Below, piece by piece: positions 9,020-18,938 of a stretch of 64,000 nucleotides of DNA. The stretch's first letter is position 1. The number at the start of each line of letters is the position of its first letter. The notes beneath the pieces were generated by a model, which was not told the DNA's origin, searched no databases, and saw nothing but the letters and a program-made list of their open reading frames with translations. Source of the DNA: an uncultured bacterium (GTDB lineage: Bacteria > Patescibacteriota > Minisyncoccia > Minisyncoccales > UBA5738); contig CAINCQ010000024.1 of assembly GCA_903847095.1 (NCBI GenBank), positions 16,628-80,627 on the forward strand, given 5' to 3'. The position numbers and the translations under genes were made by a program.

Positions 9020-10027
9020 ATGCGTTTTTTAAAAAAAATGAAAAATAATTTGTTTTCTTCCTTTTCCCAACGAATAAACATTATCGAACAGTGCAAAAAG
9101 TATGGAATACCGGTATGGCAGTGTCCTCAGTTCCTTTTTCTTTTGATGGGATGCGTGATAATAGTTACTTCGGTCACTATTTACCTGATCGGCAGCCACT
9201 ACATAGAAGATCCCGAGGTTATCGTGTTGCTTGTTCTTTTTCTGGCTACTTTTTTGCTTGCCATGGCGTTTGTTATTGTTCACAGCTTTGAAAAGCTGGC
9301 GGAAACAAATCGCTTGAAATCGGAATTTGTGAGCATTGTTTCGCACCAGATCCGGTCTCCTTTGACCAATCTTAAATGGATTGTGGAGTTGCTGATGTCC
9401 GGGATTTTGGGCAAGATCGAGGAAAAACAAACGGAATATTTCAAGATTTTGAAAGAAAATTTGGAAAGGATGCAGGAGTTGGTTTCAGAGCTTCTTACCG
9501 TGTCGCGCATAGAAGCAACTAAGCTGGTTTTTAAAAAAGAGGAGTTTTCCATGGAAAACTTGGTGAGGGATCTGGTGGCGGAATTCAAACCCATAGCGAA
9601 ATCTTCGAATATCAAAATAAATATGGATTTGGAAAAAAACGCCCCTAAGGTTTTTACCGATCCTTTCCAAATATTACAAGTGATCGAAAACTTATTGTAT
9701 AATGCGATACGATACATGAACTTTGCCACCGACCCTGTTCAAAAGGATAAAGAACGGGAGATCAACATAAAAGTATACCATAAAAATTCGAATATTATTT
9801 TCGAGATCATGGACAATGGGATCGGTATACCCAAAGAAGACCAGAAATATATTTTCCAGAAGTTTTTCCGGGCCGATAATGTAAGGCGATACCAAACCAA
9901 CGGTTCTGGGTTGGGTCTTTATATTTCCAAAAGTATAATCGAGCGGTCCGGGGGAAAGATCGGGTTTGAAAGCCGCGAGGGAGTTGGAACAACTTTTTGG
10001 TTCAAACTGCCGATTTCTCCAAAATAA
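9020..10027 (+). CDS. Membrane-bound sensor histidine kinase (HisKA + HATPase); start may be 9038
   Basis: 2 TM; H-box VSHQIRSPLT; N-box ENLLYNAIRY; DNGIGI; F-box FQKFFR; GSGLGL. Confidence 0.93.
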   Translation: MRFLKKMKNNLFSSFSQRINIIEQCKKYGIPVWQCPQFLFLLMGCVIIVTSVTIYLIGSHYIEDPEVIVLLVLFLATFLLAMAFVIVHSFEKLAETNRLKSEFVSIVSHQIRSPLTNLKWIVELLMSGILGKIEEKQTEYFKILKENLERMQELVSELLTVSRIEATKLVFKKEEFSMENLVRDLVAEFKPIAKSSNIKINMDLEKNAPKVFTDPFQILQVIENLLYNAIRYMNFATDPVQKDKEREINIKVYHKNSNIIFEIMDNGIGIPKEDQKYIFQKFFRADNVRRYQTNGSGLGLYISKSIIERSGGKIGFESREGVGTTFWFKLPISPK

Positions 10028-10058
10028 CCAAGAAAGCCGCAATAAATAATTAAATAAA

Positions 10059-10439
10059 ATGCCAAAAACTATTCTTTTTATCGAAGATGAGTCAGCGATG
10101 CAAAAAACAGTCGGGGCGATCATTCAAAAAGAAGGTTATAATATGATTTCCGCCCTTGACGGCGATTTAGGCATAAAGCTGGCTAAAGAAATGCGCCCGG
10201 ATTTGATTCTGCTTGACCTCGTCCTTCCCAAGAGAGACGGGTTTGACGTTTTAAGATCGTTGAAGCAGGAGGAACAGACGAAATCCATACCCATAATCGT
10301 TCTCACTAATTTAGGGGAAATGGAGAACATCGATAAAGCGATAGAGCTTGGAGCAACGACTTATTTGGTCAAAAGCGATTATTCTCTAAAAGAAATTATC
10401 GAAAAGATCAAAAAAACCGTCGACGGTTCCCTAATTTGA
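10059..10439 (+). CDS. Stand-alone response regulator receiver domain
   Basis: ILFIEDE, PDLILLDLVLP, IIVLTN, YLVK; no output domain. Confidence 0.93.
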   Translation: MPKTILFIEDESAMQKTVGAIIQKEGYNMISALDGDLGIKLAKEMRPDLILLDLVLPKRDGFDVLRSLKQEEQTKSIPIIVLTNLGEMENIDKAIELGATTYLVKSDYSLKEIIEKIKKTVDGSLI

Positions 10440-10557
10440 TCGCTGATCATCGTGTCCCAATTACAATTACGGAGCCGCTGGTCCATGGGGCGTTTCTTGA
10501 ATTAGTGGTGGTTTAGTTATTGGGCATAGCCTCCCATCAGGGATCCGTTCTAAAAAA

Positions 10558-12375
10558 ATGAAAGTCGAATCGCAACAGCTTAAAGCTTTTTTACTGGACG
10601 CAGGTTTGCTCAGCGAGAAGCAGTTTAACGAATGTCTGGAGAAAAGCAAGGAACTCAATTGCAAAATTGACGATATTTTGGTTTCAGAAGATTATATCAC
10701 TCAAGAGGAGTTGATCAAGCTTAAGGCTTATATCCTTGGTATTCCTTTTGTCGATCTGGAAAAGGAAGTCATCGCGCATGATGTTCTGAGAATGATTCCG
10801 GAAGCCATAGCCAAAGCCAACAATATCATCGCGTTCCGCAAAAATGCTTCATCGTTAGAGGTGGCTATGCTTGATCCGGAGGATCTCCGGATGATCGAAT
10901 TCATCAAGAAAACCACGGATCTTAGGATCCTTCCCCGCCTTACCACCCCTGAAAGTATCAAAAATGTCATTTTGCAATATCAAAAAACGCTTCAGGCCGA
11001 ATTCGGGGAGCTGATCAAAAATGAGGGGGCGGATGGATTGTCTCTGTCGGAATCGAAGGGCGGAAAGTTTAAAAACCCGAAAGGAGAAGAAAGTTTCAAG
11101 ATGATAAAGGACGATGAAAAAGGCGAGGAAAAAGAGGAGAAAGAAGAGTTGAAAAAGGTTGCCGAAGAAATGCCGGTGATCCGGGTCGTAGATACGTTTA
11201 TCAAACACGCTATTTTGCAACGGGCCAGCGATATCCATATCGAGCCGACGGAAAAAGAGGTTTTGATCCGTTACCGGATAGATGGAATTTTACGCGATGC
11301 TATGACTTTGCCAAAAAGAGCGGCTTCGGGTATTGTGGCCAGAATCAAAGTTTTGTCCAATTTGAAGCTGGATGAACATCGTTTGCCGCAGGACGGCCGG
11401 TTCAAAGTTGAAAGCGAAGAATGGCGCTATTCGTTGCGCGTATCGACCCTTCCTGTTTCTAACGGGGAAAAGATCGTTATGCGCCTTTTGCCGGAAACAT
11501 CGAGGGCGGTCGATCTGAAGAAGCTTGGTTTCCGCGGTTTCCAGTTGGAATTGATCGAAGAAACGCTAAAGAAAACAATGGGATTGGTTTTGATCACCGG
11601 GCCGACCGGTTCGGGGAAGACGACCACGCTTTATTCGATGATGGATATTTTAAACGAGCCGGGTGTTAACATTTCTACGATCGAGGACCCTATCGAATAC
11701 CAGATGCCCCGGATTAACCAAACTCAGGTAAATGCCAAGATCGGTCTTACTTTTTCTTCAGGCTTGAGGACGCTTTTGAGGCAGGATCCCGATATTATTA
11801 TGGTGGGGGAGATCCGCGATAATGAGACGGCGTCATTGGCGATCAATGCCGCCCTCACCGGTCATTTGGTGTTGTCGACGTTGCATACCAATTCGGCTGG
11901 CGGCGCGATACCGCGCCTTATTGATATGAAGGCCGAACCGTTCTTGATCGCTTCAACCGTGGATTTGATCGTTGCTCAGCGCTTGATACGGTGTTTGGAC
12001 GAACAGAAGGAAGAATACCGCTTGAAAGAATCGGATATCAAAGATTTGAGCCGATACTGCGACCCGAAGCGGATTTTAAAAATTTTAAAGGAAGAAAAAA
12101 TCGTAGCTCCTTCGGCTACCTGGCGTACTATTCCTTTTTTCCATCCGATCCCGACCAAAAACTGTCCGGATGGTTATGTGAACAGGATCGGAATTCACGA
12201 AACATTGGCCGTATCGGCGTCCATAAAGGATTTGATAATGAAAAATTCCACCGCGGATAATATTCAGGCGCAGGCCAAGAAAGAGGGTATGATCACAATG
12301 TTCGAAGAAGGATTTATCAAAGCGGCTCAAGGTACAACTTCGATCGAAGAGGTTCTAAGGGTGATAGTCGAATAA
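10558..12375 (+). CDS. pilB: Type IV pilus assembly ATPase, PilB/GspE family
   Basis: ASDIHIEP, RLPQDGR, Walker A GPTGSGKTTT, TIEDPIEY, LRQDPDIIMVGEIRD, GHLVLSTLHTN. Confidence 0.93.
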   Translation: MKVESQQLKAFLLDAGLLSEKQFNECLEKSKELNCKIDDILVSEDYITQEELIKLKAYILGIPFVDLEKEVIAHDVLRMIPEAIAKANNIIAFRKNASSLEVAMLDPEDLRMIEFIKKTTDLRILPRLTTPESIKNVILQYQKTLQAEFGELIKNEGADGLSLSESKGGKFKNPKGEESFKMIKDDEKGEEKEEKEELKKVAEEMPVIRVVDTFIKHAILQRASDIHIEPTEKEVLIRYRIDGILRDAMTLPKRAASGIVARIKVLSNLKLDEHRLPQDGRFKVESEEWRYSLRVSTLPVSNGEKIVMRLLPETSRAVDLKKLGFRGFQLELIEETLKKTMGLVLITGPTGSGKTTTLYSMMDILNEPGVNISTIEDPIEYQMPRINQTQVNAKIGLTFSSGLRTLLRQDPDIIMVGEIRDNETASLAINAALTGHLVLSTLHTNSAGGAIPRLIDMKAEPFLIASTVDLIVAQRLIRCLDEQKEEYRLKESDIKDLSRYCDPKRILKILKEEKIVAPSATWRTIPFFHPIPTKNCPDGYVNRIGIHETLAVSASIKDLIMKNSTADNIQAQAKKEGMITMFEEGFIKAAQGTTSIEEVLRVIVE

Positions 12376-12494
12376 ACTGCCGAATAAAGACTTTACTGTG
12401 GCCGGGCCGGGTTTTCCACTTTTATTATTCTCAAAAAAATTTTATAATATAGTTACAACGGTATAATTATTACCATTAATCAGGCACAATCAAA

Positions 12495-13145
12495 GTGGAA
12501 GAAAAAAATAACGAAGGATATATCAGTCTTTTAGAAGCCAGTAAGCTTTGCTCCTATTCGGAGCCTTATTTGCGTTTGCGTGCCAGGCAAGGAAAGCTGA
12601 AATCGATAAAATTCGGGAAAAAGTGGATGACAACCGAATTTTGGATAAAAGATTATATCCAAAGAACCAAAGAGTGGAACGATAAAATAGCGGCTAATAA
12701 GACAGCGGTAAACGAAATACCGGAAAAACAAGAAAGCGCGCCGGAAGTTTCACGACCCATTCAAACAAACGAATCGGAAGTTGTGGCGGCCGGAAAACCG
12801 TTTCCGGATCTTACCAAGGTTAAAGCCAGGAAAAGGTTTTGGGATGAGCCTGGATCAATCGATAGGAATTCGATACCCGATTTCGCTTTGGTGCTGGGAT
12901 CGGCTTTAATGTTTACGCTGGCAATATTTTTCGCGATATCGCCCGGAAGCTCCGATGTATCCGATCAGGCAGGGGATATCATGGTTTTTGGGCAAGCAGC
13001 CGCAAAAAATGGCATTGAAACGCCCGAAACAAGAGTAATGTCCTACGACCTTCCCATGCCCGGATGTTTTTGCCAAGCCAATGGCGCTCCGAAAGAGAGT
13101 AGCGCTTCGATCGGCAATTTTTTCAAATTATTTTGGCCTTGGTAG
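12495..13145 (+). CDS. Excisionase/MerR-like HTH protein with a single TM helix
   Basis: YISLLEASKLCSYSEPYLRLRARQGKLKSIKFGKKW; hydrophobic segment FALVLGSALMFTLAIFFAI. Confidence 0.7.
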   Translation: MEEKNNEGYISLLEASKLCSYSEPYLRLRARQGKLKSIKFGKKWMTTEFWIKDYIQRTKEWNDKIAANKTAVNEIPEKQESAPEVSRPIQTNESEVVAAGKPFPDLTKVKARKRFWDEPGSIDRNSIPDFALVLGSALMFTLAIFFAISPGSSDVSDQAGDIMVFGQAAAKNGIETPETRVMSYDLPMPGCFCQANGAPKESSASIGNFFKLFWPW

Positions 13146-13375
13146 ATAATAGGTTTTGGAAGGTTTTTTTTGGAATTTTTTGCCGGGCACGGCGCCCGGT
13201 TTTTTAATCGATAATTTCCCTTTGTTTCTAAGTTTTTCCTTGGGGTTTAATTTTTTTTGAGCTTCTTTAAGGCAATAAAAAGAGCTATAATTGTATAATA
13301 ATCAACTAAATATTTTTTTATTTCCCGTTGTTTTATTCTTCCCGCATTATGCGGGAGCAACAAAACAAAAAAATA

Positions 13376-14590
13376 ATGGCCAGATATTCCTATGTCGCGA
13401 AATCATTAGATGGGGTCCAGAAGACCGGTGAGGTTGAGGCCAGCGATACCCGCGAGGTGGCCAAGATACTGCACCAGGAGGGTTTCGTGCTGATCGAAGC
13501 GAAATGCGAGGATAAGGCGGGGAAAAGTTTGAAAATAACCTTTCCGTCTTTTGGAGTTGGCGTGAAAGACAAGATCTTTTTTACGAAAAATCTCCAGGTG
13601 ATGATCGCTTCGGGCCTATCTTTGCCGCGTTCCATCGGCATACTTGCGGCGCAGGCCAAAAACAAGAAGTTTCACGAAGCGTTGGACGAGATTAAGACAG
13701 AAATCACCCAGGGCAAGAATTTTTCGGAGTCAATGCAAAGGTTTCCAAGCATATTTTCCGATTTTTATTGCAGTATGGTAAAGGTGGGGGAGGAAACCGG
13801 CACTCTTGAGAGCGTGTTGGATATTCTTGACAAACAACTGGAGAAAGATTACGAATTGCAGTCAAAAATAAAAGGAGCTTTGCTGTATCCAGCCGTTATT
13901 TTCGTGGTGATGATAGGAATCGGTACTTTGATGCTGGTTTATGTTGTTCCGACTTTGTCGGCCACGTTCATTGAATTAAAAGTACAGCTTCCGATAACTA
14001 CCAGAGCGGTCATAGGATTAGGGAATTTCATGAAAAAAAATCTTTTGGCCGTATTCCTGTCCACCGTTTTTTTTGTTTTCATACTGCGCCGGTTTTTGGG
14101 ATCGGTCATGGGAAAAAAGCTGTACGACCAGATGATGCTTAGTTTCCCGATTATTTCCCCGATCGTGAAAAATATCAATGCGGCCTATACCGTTCGGAAT
14201 TTAAGTTCTCTTATCGCTTCAGGCGTTTCGTTGCCCAGGGCCTTGGAAATAACCGCTAATACTCTGGATAATCATAAGTATAAAAGAGCCCTTATGGAAT
14301 CCGAGGAAAAAGTGAAAAAAGGCGAAAAATTTTCGGAAGCGCTTAAGAAATACGAAAATATCTATCCTTCCACCTTGATCCAAATGATAGCCGTCGGAGA
14401 AGAAACGGGCGAGACGAGCGTCATTCTTTCCAAATTGGCCGATTTCTATGAAAACGAAGTATCCGAGGCGACCAAAAATCTGGCATCAGTGATCGAACCG
14501 GTTTTAATGGTCATTATCGGCATAGTCGTAGGTTTTTTCGCAGTTTCGATGATCCAGCCGATGTATTCAATGATGGACGCGATAAATTAA
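13376..14590 (+). CDS. pilC: Type IV pilus inner-membrane platform protein, PilC/GspF family
   Basis: MVKVGEETGTL, KIKGALLYP, MIAVGEETG, VIEPVLM..IG. Confidence 0.93.
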   Translation: MARYSYVAKSLDGVQKTGEVEASDTREVAKILHQEGFVLIEAKCEDKAGKSLKITFPSFGVGVKDKIFFTKNLQVMIASGLSLPRSIGILAAQAKNKKFHEALDEIKTEITQGKNFSESMQRFPSIFSDFYCSMVKVGEETGTLESVLDILDKQLEKDYELQSKIKGALLYPAVIFVVMIGIGTLMLVYVVPTLSATFIELKVQLPITTRAVIGLGNFMKKNLLAVFLSTVFFVFILRRFLGSVMGKKLYDQMMLSFPIISPIVKNINAAYTVRNLSSLIASGVSLPRALEITANTLDNHKYKRALMESEEKVKKGEKFSEALKKYENIYPSTLIQMIAVGEETGETSVILSKLADFYENEVSEATKNLASVIEPVLMVIIGIVVGFFAVSMIQPMYSMMDAIN

Positions 14591-14593
14591 GTT

Positions 14594-16357
14594 ATGTCTA
14601 ACAGAAGAAAGAAAAACGATTTGGCGAAAAAAGGGTTTACTTTGGTCGAGGCTCTTGTGGCGATTTTTTTGTTGGCGCTGGTTTTTTTGGGATTGACCGC
14701 TTCATACCGTCTGGCTTTGAAAGTCATTGGTTTAAGTAAAGATAAATTCACGGCTACCGGTATTGCCAACGAGCAAATGGAAAAAATAAAAAACCTGCCG
14801 TATGCTTCCGTCGGAACCCAAGGGGCGGTTTTACCCGCGGCGGCTGGGACGCTGGATAAGGTTGCTTCAAAAACGATCAACAGGGAGGCTTATACTATTA
14901 CCACGGATGTTAAATACGCGGTTGATCCGGCTGATGGCGTGGGCGTTTCCGATACCTGCAATCTTGATTACAAGATCGCGACGGTAAATATTTCCTGGCA
15001 AGGTTCTTTTCCCGGATCCGTCGGATTTTCCACTATTCTTGCTCCCAAGGACGCGACTCAGGAAATCCAGTCATGTACCAACCAGCCCGGAGGCATCTTA
15101 ACCGTACGCGCTTTTGACGGCACTAAAAAAATGATTTCGGAGCCGTTGCTTGCAATATTGGATTCAACGACGGGATCGGTTGTTGCGTCCGCGACTCCTA
15201 GCAGTGGATTGTTTTCTTTTCCTCTTCCTGTTGGAACGTACCGCGTGAGGGCTTCGAAAAGCGGGTACAGTATGGCTCGTAGCTACAGTTTTTCGGAGAT
15301 GACAATGCCCGATGTTCCCGATCCTTTGGTTTCCGATGGCGGCATGGCGGAAACAAGCTTATCCATAGATAAGCTGGCAACGCTCGCGATCGACGGAGTA
15401 TCGTCGGCGGGAGAAGATTTCTTTTCCGATACTTTTTTGACCGGGGAAAAAATTATCGAACTTTCCGATACGGAGATTTCAAGCGGGAATGTTGTTTTGT
15501 CCGGAAATCCCTATCCCGAAAGCGGGACAGTGGTTTCAAAGGATATCGATCCGGGTAACTTGATGCAGTGGAACGAATTTACTTTCTCGAACGAGAAACC
15601 GGCATCGACCCAAATCGTTTATCAAATACTTTTTTTTAATGGCGATAACTGGATCCCGATCTCCGATGCGCATCTGGCTGGAAATTCTTCGGGTTTTTCT
15701 TCGTCTCCAATAAATCTATCGGTACTGAGCGCGGCGACTTACCGGAACATCAGGATAAAAGCCACGCTTACCACCAATGATCATCTGAAAACGCCACGAA
15801 TAAACAATTGGCAGATTTCCTGGGCAAGCAATGAAGGCGCGCCGGTCGCGAATTTTCCTTTCCACCTTAAGGGTGCCAAAACCGTCGGAAAGAACAGCGG
15901 GGTAAGCGTTTATAAATACGACAAGGATCTTACCTTAAATGCCTCTGGTCATCTTGATATTACCGATAGCGACCCGGATTCCTATACCTTTTCCGTAGGC
16001 CCTTCTTCTCCTTTGGTTTTGGCTGGGACGGATCCGGCGACACAGCCTATTGACGTCGCTCCGGAGAGCGTTGTTCCGGTTAAATTATATCTTCAGGCCC
16101 AGAATTCTTTGATCGTTACCGTTCAGAATCAGGAGAGTCTTGAGTTTTTGCCCGTGGCCACCGTGCATCTGTTCAATGCGGGAATAGGATACGACAAAAC
16201 CCAATATAGCGATGTGGGGGGGCAAGCCCAGTTCATTCCGCTCAACAATGGTAATTATTCGATTACGGTGCAAATTCCGGGATTTGAAGAGTATAGCGGC
16301 AATGTCAATGTATCGGGAAACAGCGCAAAGAATATACAACTTAATCAGATCGACTAA
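14594..16357 (+). CDS. Large pilin-like protein with prepilin cleavage/methylation motif and beta-sandwich (carboxypeptidase-regulatory-like) domains
   Basis: KKG|FTLVEALVAI class III signal; repeated GxYxV/I strands. Confidence 0.85.
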   Translation: MSNRRKKNDLAKKGFTLVEALVAIFLLALVFLGLTASYRLALKVIGLSKDKFTATGIANEQMEKIKNLPYASVGTQGAVLPAAAGTLDKVASKTINREAYTITTDVKYAVDPADGVGVSDTCNLDYKIATVNISWQGSFPGSVGFSTILAPKDATQEIQSCTNQPGGILTVRAFDGTKKMISEPLLAILDSTTGSVVASATPSSGLFSFPLPVGTYRVRASKSGYSMARSYSFSEMTMPDVPDPLVSDGGMAETSLSIDKLATLAIDGVSSAGEDFFSDTFLTGEKIIELSDTEISSGNVVLSGNPYPESGTVVSKDIDPGNLMQWNEFTFSNEKPASTQIVYQILFFNGDNWIPISDAHLAGNSSGFSSSPINLSVLSAATYRNIRIKATLTTNDHLKTPRINNWQISWASNEGAPVANFPFHLKGAKTVGKNSGVSVYKYDKDLTLNASGHLDITDSDPDSYTFSVGPSSPLVLAGTDPATQPIDVAPESVVPVKLYLQAQNSLIVTVQNQESLEFLPVATVHLFNAGIGYDKTQYSDVGGQAQFIPLNNGNYSITVQIPGFEEYSGNVNVSGNSAKNIQLNQID

Positions 16358-16363
16358 GAGCAC

Positions 16364-17341
16364 ATGAGAAAAAACGGTTTTACCATTATCGAAACCCTAG
16401 TCACGCTTTTTGTTTTTACCTTGATCTGGATAGCGATCATGGGTTCGATTGTTATGATCTATAAAACCCAAGGGTATGCTTACCAGCAATCGCTTGCGAT
16501 AAACGAAGCAAGAAAAGGCGTTGAAGTTATGACCAAAGAAATCCGTTCAGCCCGGCCCGGGGATAACGGCGCTTATCCGATAGAAAAAGCCGAAGACAAA
16601 CAGTTTATTTTTTACAGCGATGTCGATAATGACGGGAAGGCGGAGCGAGTGCGTTACTATCTGGCTATAATGAATTCCGGAAACCAGTCGAAAGATTGTT
16701 TCACGCAAACGACCGGCGGTTCTTGTAATGCAGTTTTTTCCGGCTTCCTTTCCGGAAATTTGAAATCAGCCCAGGTTAAAGTGTCTCTTGAGGGTGACTT
16801 GAATGCGTCAGGCGAATTTGCCGAGATATATGCCGATGGAGTGAAAATCGGACAACAATGTCCGTCCGGATGTACCCAATGCGGCGGAAAATGGGAAGGC
16901 GCGCAGACGTATGACGTAACGGACGCGGCCAAGGATGGTTCGATCCAATTCATTGCCGATGGATCTTCGGGAGTGGACACGAAATGCAATTGGATCAACT
17001 CCAACCATACGCTTAAAGCCTTGTTCGAATTTTCTTGGACCGAAGAAATTCCCAATTTGGATAATCAACTGAAAAAAGGAGTGATCAAGCCGGTCGGCAG
17101 TCCGGTGACTTATCCGTCCAGCCAGGAGAAAATAACGATGGTAAGTGCTTATGTGCGAAATTCACCGCCGCTTTTTGAATATTACGATAAGAATGGCGCA
17201 AAGATCACTTCAAATTCCTCCATTTTAAAAGATACGAAAATGATGAAACTTTATATGGTCGTAAATTATAATCCCGAGAGAGCTCCCGAAGAATATGAAT
17301 TGGAGTCGTATGTCCAGCTGAGAAATCTAAAAGAAGAGTAG
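16364..17341 (+). CDS. Minor pilin (PilW/PulJ-like)
   Basis: KNG|FTIIETLVTL class III signal. Confidence 0.85.
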   Translation: MRKNGFTIIETLVTLFVFTLIWIAIMGSIVMIYKTQGYAYQQSLAINEARKGVEVMTKEIRSARPGDNGAYPIEKAEDKQFIFYSDVDNDGKAERVRYYLAIMNSGNQSKDCFTQTTGGSCNAVFSGFLSGNLKSAQVKVSLEGDLNASGEFAEIYADGVKIGQQCPSGCTQCGGKWEGAQTYDVTDAAKDGSIQFIADGSSGVDTKCNWINSNHTLKALFEFSWTEEIPNLDNQLKKGVIKPVGSPVTYPSSQEKITMVSAYVRNSPPLFEYYDKNGAKITSNSSILKDTKMMKLYMVVNYNPERAPEEYELESYVQLRNLKEE

Positions 17342-17440
17342 GGAATAAGCCGCCGCGTATCAAACGGGATAGGTTACTTTTAAGGAAAAGTTTGTTGATC
17401 CTTTGTTCCGGTCCGGATTAAAAAGCGGTTTGGCAAAGCT

Positions 17441-18886
17441 ATGGAAAAACGGAAAAAGATATACCAAAAAGGAGTGATTATAAGTTATGTTCTGGTTTTT
17501 GGAGGGATTTTTCTCATGTTGCTTGGGGGGCTTTTAGGCTACATTCTTCTTCAGTTGCGGTACGCGGGCAATCGCGTCGCTTGGAACCAGTCTTTGGCGA
17601 TCGCCGAAACGGGAATAGAGTATTACCGCTGGTGTTTAAGCCATAATGTTCAAGATAGCTGCAAGGGGATTCATGAGTATACCGATGTGAATGGTGTCGT
17701 CGTCGGGGCATATAACCTTATTGTGGCCAACTCCGACCTTTGCGGAGAAACAACCCAGAGTACGATCACTTCGGAAGGTTGGACGCTTGATTTTCCGAAC
17801 ACGAAGCGCCAGGTAAAGGTTTTGTACGCTAAAGAATCGGTTGCCAAATACGCCGGTATTACCAACGAGGGCGTATGGTTTGGAAACAACGAAAATACTT
17901 TAGGTCCTTTCCATGCTAATGGCGGGATCAGGATGGATGGCGATAATCAGTCGCTTGTGTCCAGCTCCACCAATCTCAACGGAGCGGGGGAATGGGTATG
18001 CGACTACAGCTTTGGATGCGATCCTTGCCCGACCGGCGCGGGTGAGTGCCGGATATCAAGCGGAAAATGTATTTGTCCGAGTGTTTTTACCACTACCGCC
18101 AATTCCAATCCCAGCTTGTTCAAATTTCCCGTTTCTTCTTTTGACTTTCCCGGAATATCCGTCGATTTGAGGCGTTTGAGCGATAAAACTTTGGCTGGAG
18201 TCGGAAGATATCTTAAAAGATCATCCGAAATCAGGGCAAATAGCAAGGGATGGCATTTAAAATTCAAAAATGACGGTACATTCGAAGCTTGGATCGTTAC
18301 GTCGGTTTCGTTCCAAACGGGATGGAATCCAACCGAAGGCGACCATAGCGATTATTTTACGATCACGGGGGAATATTTATATAATACATATTCGATTCCT
18401 TCTTCTTGTGGGGCGATATTTGTTGAAGATAATGTTTGGCCTGAAGGGGTGATAAAAGGAAAAGTTGTGCTTGTGTCGGCCAATCTTGATGATGCCAATG
18501 TCGATACCAACGCTATTCTTGCCAAAAACATCACGTTAAATTCTAGCGACGGATCCGATAGTTTCGCGCTGATCGCGGAAAAGAATATATGGGTGAGCTA
18601 TCTTTCGCCCAATAATCTTGAACTAAGGGGAATTTATATTGCCCAAGATGGAACTTTTTATCGCGATTACTATTCCGGCAATCTAGAGAATGAGATCGAT
18701 ATTTACGGTTCGATAGTGAGCAAATTGAGGCCGAACACATCTTGGGTGAATAGCGCGGGTATTATTGTTTCCGGCTATTTGACCAGCAACACCTATTATG
18801 AGCCGAACTTGATATACAACCCTCCGCCTTTTGTTCCTTATGTAAGCCCGAATTTCAAGATTGTAAGCTGGGATGAGATAGATTAA
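17441..18886 (+). CDS. PilX-like minor pilin
   Basis: QKG|VIISYVLVFG without Glu5; QSLAIAETGIEY motif; position after other minor pilins. Confidence 0.75.
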   Translation: MEKRKKIYQKGVIISYVLVFGGIFLMLLGGLLGYILLQLRYAGNRVAWNQSLAIAETGIEYYRWCLSHNVQDSCKGIHEYTDVNGVVVGAYNLIVANSDLCGETTQSTITSEGWTLDFPNTKRQVKVLYAKESVAKYAGITNEGVWFGNNENTLGPFHANGGIRMDGDNQSLVSSSTNLNGAGEWVCDYSFGCDPCPTGAGECRISSGKCICPSVFTTTANSNPSLFKFPVSSFDFPGISVDLRRLSDKTLAGVGRYLKRSSEIRANSKGWHLKFKNDGTFEAWIVTSVSFQTGWNPTEGDHSDYFTITGEYLYNTYSIPSSCGAIFVEDNVWPEGVIKGKVVLVSANLDDANVDTNAILAKNITLNSSDGSDSFALIAEKNIWVSYLSPNNLELRGIYIAQDGTFYRDYYSGNLENEIDIYGSIVSKLRPNTSWVNSAGIIVSGYLTSNTYYEPNLIYNPPPFVPYVSPNFKIVSWDEID

Positions 18887-18938
18887 AATGTAAAATAAGT
18901 GCTTCACTTATTAAAAGTGAAAATCAGGAGCTGCTATT

